From NCBI GenBank assembly GCA_037447605.1, contig CM074804.1, positions 1,736,001 through 1,800,000 on the forward strand: a DNA stretch of 64,000 nucleotides. Direction: 5' to 3'. A program made the translations under genes and the position numbers. The DNA is from Zygnema circumcarinatum SAG 698-1b (taxonomy: Eukaryota > Plantae > Zygnematophyceae). The notes beneath the pieces were generated by a model that was given only the letters and a program-made list of their open reading frames with translations, did no database searches and was not told the DNA's origin. Of this stretch, positions 13,501 through 36,275 are shown piece by piece (position 1 is the stretch's first letter; each line of letters begins with the position of its first letter).

Positions 13501-14591
13501 TACACCACGAACGCACTGGAGAAGAAGATAAAGAGAAAACAAATAACAAATTAGTCCCCCAAAAATTAACCGGCGACGAAAAATCGAAAATTCTGCAGCA
13601 AGCGCTGACCGAAAATGACAGAGAAAGCAAAATCCGGTTAAGCGGATTGGAGGTGGAGCTCGAAAACTTTTTTAATTGCCCGGGTGGGCAGCCCGAAAAA
13701 CCCGGGCAGCGAGTGAAACTTTTGCACAGCCTTGTGACGGAGGCTCTCCTTCAAACGCAAGTTTTGGAGCGCCTTTTGGCGGCCCACAAATTGGATTCGG
13801 AAGATATTGAGGGCACTATTTCCGTGTATGAGAAATTTTTAAAGTTTTGGGGCGAGAGAGAGAGTATGACAGAGGGAGAGAGAGAGCAGTTTGAGGAGCA
13901 TCGGAAGGAGGTGCAGAAATTTTTAGTCGCCGCGACGGCTAAGGACTGTGGGTTGATGGTCACCTTTCGGTTAAAGGAAGGAGAGGGAGGAGGAGGAGGA
14001 GGAGGAGGGGCAAAATTTCGAACGATAAAATGTGCTGAAACGGGCGAAGAGTTCGAGTTTAAGGTGAGAATCTGTGGGCCTTTTGAGACTTGAAAAACTC
14101 CCTTCGAAGGCTAAAATGATGTCAAACATTTGAAGGAGGTCAATGAGTTGTCAAGGCCTTCATTGATGGAAGGTTTCCGAAGTGCTATTATCTCTCTGAC
14201 CCCTTCTCCTCTGCGCCGCCCCCTCCTCCCCCCCCGACTCTGTCTCTCGCCCTCCCTCCCTCCCCCGTTTTTCTCCCTCCCACTCCCTCTCTCCCTCCCC
14301 TCTCCTCCCTCCCTGCCTCCCTCCCTCTCCCTCCCTGCCTCCCTCCCTCTCCCTCCCCCTCTCTCCCGCTGTCCCTCTCTCTCTACCTTTCCCCCCCCTC
14401 TCTCCCACTGCCCCCTCTCCCTCTCCCTCCCCCTCCCCCTCCCTCTCTCCCTCTCTCCCTCTCGTTCGGGACAGGTTTCATTTGTGGACCTCGACATGAA
14501 GGCGTTCCAGAAGATTCCGAAGTACTTCAAACTGGACCAAAAGATTGTGGAGTACTACAACCGGCACGAGAACTCGAAACGAGTATCGTAG
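10529..14591 (+). CDS. IPK1: Inositol-pentakisphosphate 2-kinase
   Basis: Exons 10529-10633 (YRGEGAANMVFSY), 11073-11387 (GKVLRIRK...FVDPG), 11810-11981 (RAAWR...LVADHALL; GC donor), 12850-12893 (ICVEIK), 13061-13171 (PKCGFL...SRFELHQHLK), 13362-14063 (YNPLDFFSG, PQNNLRVF, FLVAATAKDCGLM), ~14475-14591 (FVDLDMK...YFKLD). Confidence 0.93.
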
Positions 14592-15097
14592 CGCACCGCC
14601 GAAAGGCTGAGCGGGGCCCTCCGAGAGGTACCGATTCTCAATAGCGTGTTCCATATCTGACGGTGCCACGAGGCCCTCCCTCCCTTCCTCCCTCCCTCGT
14701 CTCTTTCTCTCTGTACAGGACGGACTGCAGGGAAAATGCAATTCCTTTTCTGCAAAATATTGTTTTTTTTTTTTTGGCGTCCAATCGATTTCTTTTTTCC
14801 TTTACACTGGGTTCTGGAATTTCTAAAAACCCAAAAGAAAAGGCCTTGAAGAACTTTGAAAACCCTAAAAACCCTCCCTGTGCGGGGCCCTGAGTCTGAA
14901 CCCTGAACCCTAAACCAAGCAACCCTAAAAACCCGCCGAGCCCAAACTGCAACCTTAAATCGGAAATGTCCGCGGGGAGGCGGCACGCAGCAGGCGTTCC
15001 ATGAACTAGTTCCGTAGATCTCGGAAAGTACGAGGGTATTTTTTTTTTATTTTTATTTTTTTTTTGGGTAAAGAATGGTAAAAAGGAAAAAAAATGA

Positions 15098-15357
15098 GAA
15101 AGCGTTCTGTCGTTTTGCGGGCAACGTCATCAAGAGCTTTTTGTAGTCCGCGTAATTTCCTCGCAGCTTCCCGACCGTCCAAACGATTCGCGCTGAAACA
15201 AGAGCCAATGGGATCCCACCGTCCGCCGAAAGCGTTCTGTCGTTTTGCGGGCAACGTCATCAAGAGCTTTTTGTAGTCCGCGTAATTTCCTCGCAGCTTC
15301 CCGACCGTCCAAACGATTCGCGCTGAAACAAGAGCCAATGGGATCCCACCGTCCGCC
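15098..15357. repeat. Perfect 130-bp tandem duplication in the IPK1-ABCC intergenic region
   Basis: 15098-15227 is repeated at 15228-15357 (GAAAGCGTTCTGTCG...CCACCGTCCGCC). Confidence 0.9.
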
Positions 15358-18300
15358 TCACCTAAACTGCGGAATGGAACCCCAACATCTGTTTTTATCC
15401 ACAAGCCGACCAATTGGGCTGTGCCACGTCCCCTCATATTTACTGCAAACTGAGCGCATGGAACCGTCTCTGCGATCGCTCGTCAACGCGACGCCTCCTG
15501 CCGACCTGTTTAGCGTGACATGTCGTGACGCGACACCAACTGTCGTGAACACGTGGCACGTTCGTACATTTTTGTACGGTATACTGACAGGAGTTATCCG
15601 ACGTGCCAAGATCTTGATCTTGTCGGAATTCAGACGACCCAGATCAGAAATTAGTATGGCTGTCGGGAGAATCCTTCAAACGCAAATCGGAAGTTTTTCG
15701 GTCAGATTTGTAGCTACAAACTTGCAAAAACCTGAACAAAAGATTTTTCCTACGAAGTGCGAAAGTTTTTTAAAACGGATATTCATCATTTTATCCCGAG
15801 TACCGTACTTGTTGTACGAATATAATGCCCATTTTGTTCTAATCTGCCCTAACCCGCACGCGCAGCCACCCGAGAAGGTTAGCGATTGGCCTGTGGGAAT
15901 CAGCGGAGGGGAAAACAAATGACATTTCTGGCGCCGGGCAGTGAAACCAAACGCTTACAATTATGGCCCTGACGAAGCAAAACGGGCGGAGGGAGGGAGA
16001 TGGTTTTGGAGCGCGCGGGCCATGGCGGCCGCAGGGAGAGGGAGCAATGGCGGATGGAGGGAGGACCCTAGCGGCTGAAGGCATCCCCTCTCTCTCTCTC
16101 CCTCTCTCTCTCCCTACCTCTCTCTCTCCCCCCTTCTCTTTCTCTCTCTCCCCCCTCTCTCTCTCCCCCCCTCTCTCTCCCTCACTCTCCCTCCCCCTCT
16201 CTCCCCCTCTCTCTCTCCCCCTCTCTCTCCCTCCTCTCCCTCCCCCCTCTCTCCCGCCTCTCTCTCCCTCTCTCTCTCCCTCCCTCTCTCTCTCCCCCTC
16301 TCTCTTTCTCTCTCTCTCTCCCTCCCTTTCTCTCTCTCCCCCTCTCTCCCCCTCTCTCCCTCTCTCTCTCCCTCCCTCGCTTTCTCTCTCTCCCTCTCTC
16401 TCTCCCTCTCCCCTCTCTCTCTCCAACCCTCTCTTTCTCCCTTTCTCTCTCCCTCTCTCTCTCTCCCCCCCTCTCCCCCTCTCTCTCTCTCTCCCTCTCA
16501 CTCTCTCGCTCTCTCTCTCTCTTCGCATCTCGATCGTTTCTTCTCGATTTCTTTCTGTCTCCTCTTCTCACACCTCGCTTTGATTTGTCTCTCTCTCTCT
16601 ATCTCTCTCGTGCTTCCCTCTGCCTCTCATTCTCTCTCCCTCCCACAGCACCTCGCCCTCGCCCTCTCTCGTTTTCTGCCCTCTCGCTTCCTCATTTCCT
16701 CTCTCACTCTGCATCTTTCTGTGTTCAGATCCCTTTCCCTCCCTCAGTATTTCGCTATTTCTCTTGTTTTCTCTCCCACCTCTATCGCCCTGTTTGTCTG
16801 CTCACGCTCTAGTGCAGCCAATATCAGCCTCTAGTCTGCTTACTTTAAGCAATCGCATGTGCAAACATCTGTTTCTCTCTCTTCTTGTCTCTCCTCTCCT
16901 CTCCGTTTCCCCCTCCCCTCTCTCTCTTCTTTCCCCTTCTTCTTTCGTCTCCTGCTAGATCATTTCTTTAAAAATGGTATTTTTTTGCATCTCCCTGTTT
17001 TTTAATCACATCTCTTGAACTAGGGCGAAGCGCGGCTTTACGATCTTAGAGCCCTAACGAAGGGCCTCCTTGGACTGTGCAGCTCAGCCGCCAACCCTGC
17101 ACTTCTCTGAGTCCGAATAATTTACGCGTTTGTTTTGGAGAGGCGGCGCAATCCCGTGTTGTTCAATTTTATCGACATTTGTTTGGTGCAATTTCTTTTG
17201 AAGTTTTTGGATTTCACCGAGCCATGGGGGGGAGACAGTCAGCAAGAAAGGGGGAGGGAGGGGAGTATGTGGCGCTCAGCGATGGGGGAGAGAAGGGGGA
17301 GGAAGTGCCACGTGGCAGCTTCTGGTCGAAACTCACTGGCCGAGGGCAGGCGCCCATGGTATGTGGAAGCCTCTAATTGGTCGGACTCGGAGGGCGGGCT
17401 TACTCAGGTGGTTGTAGAGGTGGGGGAGAGATGGCAGAGAGGGAGGGGCAGGGTGAAAGGGAGACAGAGTGAGAGAGAGGGTGGATGGAGGGAGTAAGGG
17501 GCGGAGGGAGGGAGGCACGGACGGAGGGAGAAGGGAGGGGGAAGGGGGGGAGGGAGGGAGGAGCGTGGAAGTGAGGTTCGAAGGGGGGGAAAGGCTGAGG
17601 GAGGAACGGAGTGAGGGAGGGGGAGCGGGAGGGAGGGGCGGATTGAGCAGGAGAGCAGCGGAGGAATAGGGCGGAATGGTAGGGCCGGGATGGGGAAAGG
17701 GGGAGGAGGAAGGAGGGAAGGATGGAGGGAGGGAGAGAGTATAGGAGGCGTGGAGGATTTCAAGATTTCCTGAAACCTTGACTCTACAGCCTGTGACGAC
17801 TCTCAAAGTTGACTTTGTGATGCAGGTTCGTCCGGACCGGGTTTGGGTGCCTGAGGAGGAGGCCAATATCTTATCAAAGCTGACTTTCTGGTGGGTTGGG
17901 AGCTTGATTGCTCTCGGAAATGAGAAAACGCTTTCCATGGACGACCTGTGGGATGTGGCGTCACGTGACACCACTTTGAGCATTTCGGAACGTATCGACG
18001 CCGCATGGAACGCCGAACTCGCTAAGCCTAAGTGAGGAGCTCAGCTCTATCCTAACCTCAGCCGATGGGGAAGTTTTGTCAGTTCGTATGGTCTTCCTCA
18101 TTTCCCAAAAAAATTAAGGAGATTAACTTGCAATGCGAGCATTCTCTATACCTTCTTCTCCCCCTTCCCAGCTCCCTTTCCTCTCCCTCTCCCTCATCCA
18201 CCCTTCTTCCACTCTTCTTTCCCCAATGTTCTCTTTTCCTCTCCCTCGCTGCTCGCTTCCCCATTTTCTCCTCGCCCGCTTTCNNNNNNNNNNCTCCAAC

Positions 18301-19096
18301 CCTCTCTTTCTCCCTTTCTCTCTCCCTCTCTCTCTCTCCCCCCCTCTCCCCCTCTCTCTCTCTCTCCCTCTCACTCTCTCGCTCTCTCTCTCTCTTCGCA
18401 TCTCGATCGTTTCTTCTCGATTTCTTTCTGTCTCCTCTTCTCACACCTCGCTTTGATTTGTCTCTCTCTCTCTATCTCTCTCGTGCTTCCCTCTGCCTCT
18501 CATTCTCTCTCCCTCCCACAGCACCTCGCCCTCGCCCTCTCTCGTTTTCTGCCCTCTCGCTTCCTCATTTCCTCTCTCACTCTGCATCTTTCTGTGTTCA
18601 GATCCCTTTCCCTCCCTCAGTATTTCGCTATTTCTCTTGTTTTCTCTCCCACCTCTATCGCCCTGTTTGTCTGCTCACGCTCTAGTGCAGCCAATATCAG
18701 CCTCTAGTCTGCTTACTTTAAGCAATCGCATGTGCAAACATCTGTTTCTCTCTCTTCTTGTCTCTCCTCTCCTCTCCGTTTCCCCCTCCCCTCTCTCTCT
18801 TCTTTCCCCTTCTTCTTTCGTCTCCTGCTAGATCATTTCTTTAAAAATGGTATTTTTTTGCATCTCCCTGTTTTTTAATCACATCTCTTGAACTAGGGCG
18901 AAGCGCGGCTTTACGATCTTAGAGCCCTAACGAAGGGCCTCCTTGGACTGTGCAGCTCAGCCGCCAACCCTGCACTTCTCTGAGTCCGAATAATTTACGC
19001 GTTTGTTTTGGAGAGGCGGCGCAATCCCGTGTTGTTCAATTTTATCGACATTTGTTTGGTGCAATTTCTTTTGAAGTTTTTGGATTTCACCGAGCC

Positions 19097-29702
<10,606 letters not shown>

Positions 29703-29889
29703 GCTAGGTTAGGGCTGGCGTCAGCAGGGGCAGATGGTGGGGGGGAAGATGACATCAGCGTGGTTTGAGGAAAGATTTTATTTTTGGATATGCGTGTTTT
29801 TAATGTGCGCTTATTTTGTTCTCGTGTTTTGTGTTGGACTTGCTGTGATGCGTTACTGGTTCTATGAATAGGATAGAGACGCTGTTGTA

Positions 29890-30507
29890 CAGGCAAACTT
29901 TCATTGAACTCGCGATGGCGAGGCCATCAAATTTACATGGATAAAGGCAAAATGTGGAACCACGAAGGACTGGTCACAAAGGACCGAAACACAATAAAAC
30001 GAAGCTAGGAGCGGAAAACTACGCCTAGGCACAACAACGCAGCCCTAGAAGCAGCCGCGAAGGTCACCGATGTGAGGCACGTCGCGAGGAGGGAGCGGCG
30101 GAAGTCCACCAACACGGTCACCAACAACTGCAGCACGCCGAAGTAGCGTAGAAGCGAGGCAACGCTGAAGGGCGACGGAAATACGTTGTCGATAAAAGGT
30201 AGCCAAGATCGCCGGAGGAGGGCTTCCGGGGCCGTGCATCTCGAAAGAGCGATGGGCGCACTGGCGAAGGAAGGTATCCAAACGGGTGTCGAGGCAGCCA
30301 AAAATCTCAATAGCCATAGGAACAAACTCGTCGGCTGCATCACGGTGAGCATATGCACGCTCCTTGCGAAGGGCCGCATCGCGAGCAGCCACGCCTTCAT
30401 GATGTGCTGCACGTGACAATAAATCGCGACGGGTTGGATCGGCCAACACAATATCCCCAAAAATACGCCGGGCACCATCCATAAGAGCCAAATCAGGGCG
30501 AACTCCG
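29890..30507 (-). mobile_element. 5'-truncated non-LTR retrotransposon with restriction-like endonuclease (CRE/R2-like group), 10-bp TSD
   Basis: ORF 30536-30045 carries RPDL...D...RKERAY, FVPMAIEIFG and RQRISVALQR, the RLE C-terminus. Direct repeat CGCTGTTGTA at 29880-29889 and 30508-30517. No poly(A) tail. Confidence 0.85.
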
Positions 30508-30880
30508 CGCTGTTGTAGTTTGCGTGATTTTCTCACATAGAACGTGACTGCTGTGCGATTTTACGATACATCTTGCTTCGCCGATACGATACGAATATAA
30601 TACCTGCCATGGGCGACGGCATCTTTCCGCACATGTCGTACGGCACGACGCTGTATGGCCGTTCCATGTCTTAGCTACAGTGTTCAGTCTACCAAATTTG
30701 TACACATGGCGATCCCCGATTGGCTGATGGTTGTCCCGCGGTCCGTACGAGCGCCTCCAACCCTCCCTCTCGCCCTCGTTCGCGCCCTCTCCGCGGCGGC
30801 TTCAAACCCTAACTTTGCTGCTCCTGCTCCTCCTGCTGCTGCTGTTGCTCCTCCCCTGCTCGCGCCAGGTAGCAGCGACC

Positions 30881-33113
30881 ATGCTCGTCTACCAGGACAT
30901 CGTCTCAGGTGCGCCTGATCATGCCGTTTTCCTGATGCAGTGCTTGTATTCGGTTTTTATGTTCAACTGTTTTTTGGTTTGTGATCGTCATTTAACATGC
31001 GTGGATAAGAGAAAGATGAAGTTTGGATAGCATTGATCTGACGATGACTTTTTTGGCGTAAGCTTTGTTTTTCTCTTCCTGCAACAATAAGCAGTTTTTT
31101 TGCTGTCTTTGGAATGTTTGTTTGGGTGAAGAAGATCCTCTTGCTGCGTATTTTTTGACTAGATGTTTTTGCTTTCTTTAGTTTTTGTTTTTTGTCGCGG
31201 TTTTCTAATGTGCATTTCATAAGTCGTCAGCTGGTTATCATGTGCATCACTCGAAGGCTCTGCTTTCAGAACTTCGGCTATATGTGTCAAGTATTTTAAA
31301 AACGATCTTTAAGATTATTCCCATGTGTACTGAATATATCTCGATATTGATATCCCTCCCTTTCACGTCGGGCAGCTGTTCTACGTTAGGAGGTTCATCG
31401 TATTTACTTATGTTCGTCTATACGTTTTCCCTTCTGTCTCTATCTCAGTCTCTCTCTGCTTTCTTCTTTCCTCTCCTCCGTCTATCCTTTTTTTCTCTCT
31501 CTTCTTTCCTCTCTTTCGCTCGTTCCCTTTTATCTCTTTCTCGTATTATTGAAGCTGCATTATGTCTCAAAACTCAAAGTTGAAGGTGCTGAGTATTTGC
31601 GTTTTTTGGGCGCAGGGGATGAGTTGCTGTCTGATTCATTTGAGGTAGAGGAGTGTCACAACGGCATTTTTTATAAGGTCAAGGGAAAGGTGATCAACTG
31701 TTAACTCTTTTTCACGATTGTCTTTAACTCTATCGAATATTGACTTTTTTTGACGAACCTTTCAGACAACAGTAGATAGCTAGGAAGATTTTAGGGTTTT
31801 TTTTAAATTCCAACCATCTTTTTCATATCCTCTTGTTTTCTTTCCTGGTTTTCCTCCTTTCCTCGCTTGTTCTCTCAACCAACCTTGTCGCCCTCACGCT
31901 TTTCCTCCGTCCTATCCTTTCCCGCTCTCACTCACTCGCTCCTCTGCCTTCTCAATTCGCGCTGCTCTTTTTCTCTCCTTACCTTCCCCGTTGCTCTCTC
32001 TCACTTTCTCCGTCCCTCCATATCTGTCTCTCCAGTGGGTTGTTCAAGGTCCTATCGACGTGGACATTGGAGCAAATGCATCGGCCGAAGGAGGAGAGGA
32101 TGAAAGCGTGGATGACCAAGCAGTGAAGGTTGTGGATGTAATTGATACATTCAGGCTACAGGTAACGCCGGCTGCTTCACATTGTACTGAATCACACGTT
32201 ATTTCCCCAGCAAACGAAATGAGAGTGACGCACGGCTATAGGGAGTGTATTTTTGTCATCAGAAGTCCTTGTATGAATACAGAGTCTGACATCTCTACTA
32301 TCTCTCTGGCGCTCGCTCTCTCCCACTCTCGCTCTCGCTGTCTCTTTAACTTTTCATACTTTTTATCATATTTTCTGTCTTTTATTTTGCAACTCCCTCC
32401 CTCTCCCTTGTTTCCTCATAATGGGCACTGAAATTTTGCCGGTATTGACGTATGGGGTGTTTACTCTTAAGTATTACGAACGAATACTCACTTACAGTTC
32501 TATGGGTATTTCACCCACCTGTCACCCTCTTTTTTTTACGGCTTCCCTGTTGTACTTATTCGTTTTTCTTTTTTTTTTCGAATGATGTGCACCTGCAGGA
32601 GCAACCATCCTTCGATAAGAAGGGCTTCTTGTCATACATTAAAACGTACATTCAGACATTGAGCGCAAAGTTGCCTGATGATCGTCGGGAAGCATTTAAA
32701 ACGGATGTGCAGCCGGCTGTGAAGTTTTTGCTTGCTAAGCTCAAAGACCTTCAATTGTAAGCTTTTCCTGGGAACACGGAGGAATATGCTGTGTAATGTC
32801 TCTGAATGTTGGGTCATTACAGGTATTATAAGTCACAGAATCGGTATAATCTTTGTATTGTAATTGGTAAATTGTTTTCTCTTTCTTGTTTGATATAATG
32901 TATACTGTTATTTCCTTAATGTTGTTTCGTTCTTGTTGTCCTATATTCGATCAATTCTTAAATTCATTTTCTTGTTGTTCTAATGGTGTTTGCAGCTTTC
33001 TTGGGGAGAGCATGAACCTGGAAGGGGCAATGGTGTTCGCTTACTATGACGACGGCGCGTCGGAGCCAACCTTTTTATATTTCAAGGATGGGCTGAAGGA
33101 GGTTAAGTGTTAG
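30881..33113 (+). CDS. TCTP: Translationally controlled tumour protein
   Basis: Exons 30881-30908 (MLVYQDIVS), 31616-31689 (DELLSDSF), 32036-32161 ([15 protein letters not shown]...[11 protein letters not shown]), 32599-32756 ([10 protein letters not shown]), 32996-33113 (FLGESM...[11 protein letters not shown]). Telo-box AAACCCTAA at ~30804. Confidence 0.96.
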
Positions 33114-35141
33114 GACAACACAATTGAGCTTTTTGGCTGTTTCTATTCGGTGCTTCATCCATATACCTCCTGATACCATGAATCATCCGTATGCATTCCC
33201 TGGAGTTTCTAGTCTATTTGATGTCTGTCCAGTTGGGGGGCTTTGGGAGGCTTCGAAGTGGGGTTTGGTCTATCTGCCTCTCTGTCTGTGTCTTTCTGTT
33301 TGTCCGTGTGTCCCTTTGTCTGACTTCATCCTCTTCGCCTTTTGAGGATTTGGATCCTGATGAGCTTGTACTTTGGTTAGTTAACTTCCATGTTTTGTTC
33401 CGTGGATACTTTGAAAGATCGGAGCGCACACTAGGTCAAGTGGTTAGACACCGAGTAGCTGTGAATGGGCTGTCGGAGGATGAATTGAGACTTTTGCGCA
33501 AGGGCTTTGAGGCACTTGCCGCTGGCAAGGCGATGCAATACTTCTCTCTTCTGACGATACCCTGTTACTAACTAGGGTTGGCAGGTGAAGTTCTTTGTCA
33601 ATGATAGCGTAGGAGAGATGAAGGTTGTAGGAGAGGAAGGGAGCGGTTAGCACGGAGAGGGTAGGAGGGCGGAGGAAGGCAGTAGAAATGAGAAGGGAGC
33701 GTTAGCAAGGAGAGGGTAGGAGGAGGATAGTACTACGAGGGAGAAGGGAGCGGTTGAAAGGGAGATGGTAGGGAGGGAGGTAGTACGAGAGGGAAGGGAG
33801 CAGTAAGCAGGGAGAGGGTGGCAGGAGAAGCTAAAGGGAGAAGGGAGCGGTTTGGAGGGAGAGGGTAGGACGAAGGAGAAAGGTAGGAGGGAGAGAAGGC
33901 AACGATTTTGAATGAGTAGTTTTAATAGAGTACTAGAATTTGCTCATGATTCTCTTTGTAAGCAATGAGCAGTTTAAGGCTTGTACGACGAGGAGTGTGA
34001 AACTTTGGGTTCTGATGTGAACTGGAGGGTTCTTAGAATTTTTATCTTAAGCAGTAGACGACAGGGGAAGCAGATGTGATGCCTGGGGCGGACTTCTGTA
34101 CATCAGAAACCATACATTTGTTAGCGCCATGCTGTATGCAGCACGCATGGCAGCCCATGCATGCCATGCGCATGCTAAATCGAAACGGTTACCATCACAT
34201 GGACCACGTCTGTCATTGTTCCACATGTCAACATACCCTCCTGGAGTCGCAGCCATGGATGGCGGCATGGCTCATGGGGGACTCGGCAGCTCTTTCCCGT
34301 GGCCATTTGCACACGCGGGCAGGTGTGGGATGGCGCCGACTGCCATTAGGCGGCGGCAGGCGGCCGACAGACTGCCGCCGCGCTGCTCGCAGACGCGGCC
34401 CCAGAGGAGGGCCCTCGCGGCCATTGAAACGCGCATATGGCCGCTCGCGGCGCGGCAGACGCAGGGACTGGGTCCAGGGCGGGGGTAAGAACGACTGGCA
34501 GATCGCCACGTATACAGAAATGTACACTTGTCAGCTTTCAATTGGCCGTGGGTGTACGGCAGGACAAAAAAGGCCCAAGCCCTTTTGGGCTGTCACCTCG
34601 CCGTCGCGCATTGTCGACCGTCCGATGCGCATCGGATGGCGTCCTCGGCCGTACGAGGGAGGCCAGTCATTTCGCTCTTTTTTAGGCCGCGGTGTGAAGG
34701 AATCGCAGCCGTCGATCGTTCCATCGGACGGTTAGAATCGGCCGCGAGATATCTGGGAATACAGTACCAACAAATCCACAAGAATTCGTAATGTACATGC
34801 TTGTACGAAATTATTCGTACGGCGTTTTGTACGAATTTGTGCGAACAACTACATACCGTACCGTACGGTCGAATAGGATGTTTTGAGCTTCTGGAAAGAA
34901 CGAAGGTGAAGCAGGCGCAGAGAGAGCTTCAGACGGTGCAAGCTCTCTTTAGCAATTGATTGCTGTTGACTTGTGAGTTTTAGCTAATCTTTCAGATTTC
35001 CGCAGGCGAATTTGGAGGCTGAAGCGGTGGAGACCGAGGGACGCAGCGGCTACAGCAGGGTTCAAGGCTTCTGGCTTTATTTGGGAGGGGGAAGTTAGGG
35101 TTGAGGGGCTTGTTGGGAGCGGGAGGGAGGGAGAGGAAGAG

Positions 35142-36275
35142 ATGGAAGGAGAGCGGAGAGGAGAGCCGTCCGTACAGTCCGCCTCTCCTTCCAAAGTGTC
35201 AGAACCAGAAGCTTTTCTGAAGCAGCTCGGGTTCTCCGACGAAGAGTCTGCCAAAATTTTCAAGAAGTGCCCCCGGCTGCGGGCAGATGGGGCAGAGGGA
35301 AGGATGCAGGAGGTGGTGGGCTTCCTGGAAGGGTTCAGGGAGGGTTCAGGGTCAGGGCCCAAAAAGCATAAGAAACAGATTTTGAGGGCTCTACGGAGGT
35401 GCCCGCAACTCCTTGCTTACAGTGTTGCGGAGAAACTGCGGCCTGCAACTGAATTTCTCAGATTTTTAGGGTTAAGGGACATGGAAATCAGTTCTGTGAT
35501 TCTCCGATTTCCGAGCGTCCTGACACGGAGCATGGAAGAGAAGCTCTGCCCCCTTCTCAGCTTTCTCCAACTACTCGGAATTTCCGAAAGTAATCTTCCT
35601 CGAATTATCATGGCGGCGCCCCGACTGCTCAGTTACAGCATAGAAACGAAGCTCAAACCGGCGGTGGAATATTTTCAAAGTTTGGGATTAGAATTACGGC
35701 AAATAGGAAGAGCGGTTTCGCATTTTCCGCAGCTTTTGGGGTACAATTTGGATAATAGAATTCGGCCCACAGTGGCCTACTTGCAGGAATTAGGGTTAGG
35801 GCTAAGGGCCGTGGGCTGCATTGTGGAGAGGCACCCTCACATTCTCGCACGGAACGCCGCTCAAGTGTTCGTTCCACGGATCGAGTTTCTATGCTCCTTA
35901 GGGTTAGCGAAGTTGGAGATTGCGGAAGTAGTATCTCGCTTTCCTCCAGTGCTCACTAAGAGCATCCCTCACTGCCTGCAGCCGAGGATTCATTTTTTGC
36001 AACAGGACATGGGCCGCTCCCCAAAGGAAATCGTTCAATTTCCGTGGTTTTTTGGGCGAAATTTAAACAGAACCATTGTTCCGCGACATCGAGCTTTAAC
36101 GGAAAACGGAATCGTTCCCGACTCGTTGGCGGACATGTTGGAGCGTTGGAACAAAAGGTTCACGGAGCGGTACGGAGTGAACGTCGTCTACCCCAAACGC
36201 CGAATTCCTTCGTCTGCATTCCACATGGAACAGGGCTTGGGAGAGCGCCTCCCCTGTGGGGCTGCTTCTCTCTAA
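35142..36275 (+). CDS. mTERF6: mTERF protein, mTERF6-like (intronless ORF; true start may differ)
   Basis: Tandem mTERF repeats. EEKLCPLLSFLQLLGI...PRLLSYSIETKL closely matches the plant mTERF6 clade. Confidence 0.85.
   Translation: MEGERRGEPSVQSASPSKVSEPEAFLKQLGFSDEESAKIFKKCPRLRADGAEGRMQEVVGFLEGFREGSGSGPKKHKKQILRALRRCPQLLAYSVAEKLRPATEFLRFLGLRDMEISSVILRFPSVLTRSMEEKLCPLLSFLQLLGISESNLPRIIMAAPRLLSYSIETKLKPAVEYFQSLGLELRQIGRAVSHFPQLLGYNLDNRIRPTVAYLQELGLGLRAVGCIVERHPHILARNAAQVFVPRIEFLCSLGLAKLEIAEVVSRFPPVLTKSIPHCLQPRIHFLQQDMGRSPKEIVQFPWFFGRNLNRTIVPRHRALTENGIVPDSLADMLERWNKRFTERYGVNVVYPKRRIPSSAFHMEQGLGERLPCGAASL

Noticed and set aside
34047-34791. GC-rich overlapping ORFs here and at 54619-55238
   Set aside because: No recognisable domains or splice structure; consistent with promoter or TE-derived GC-rich DNA.
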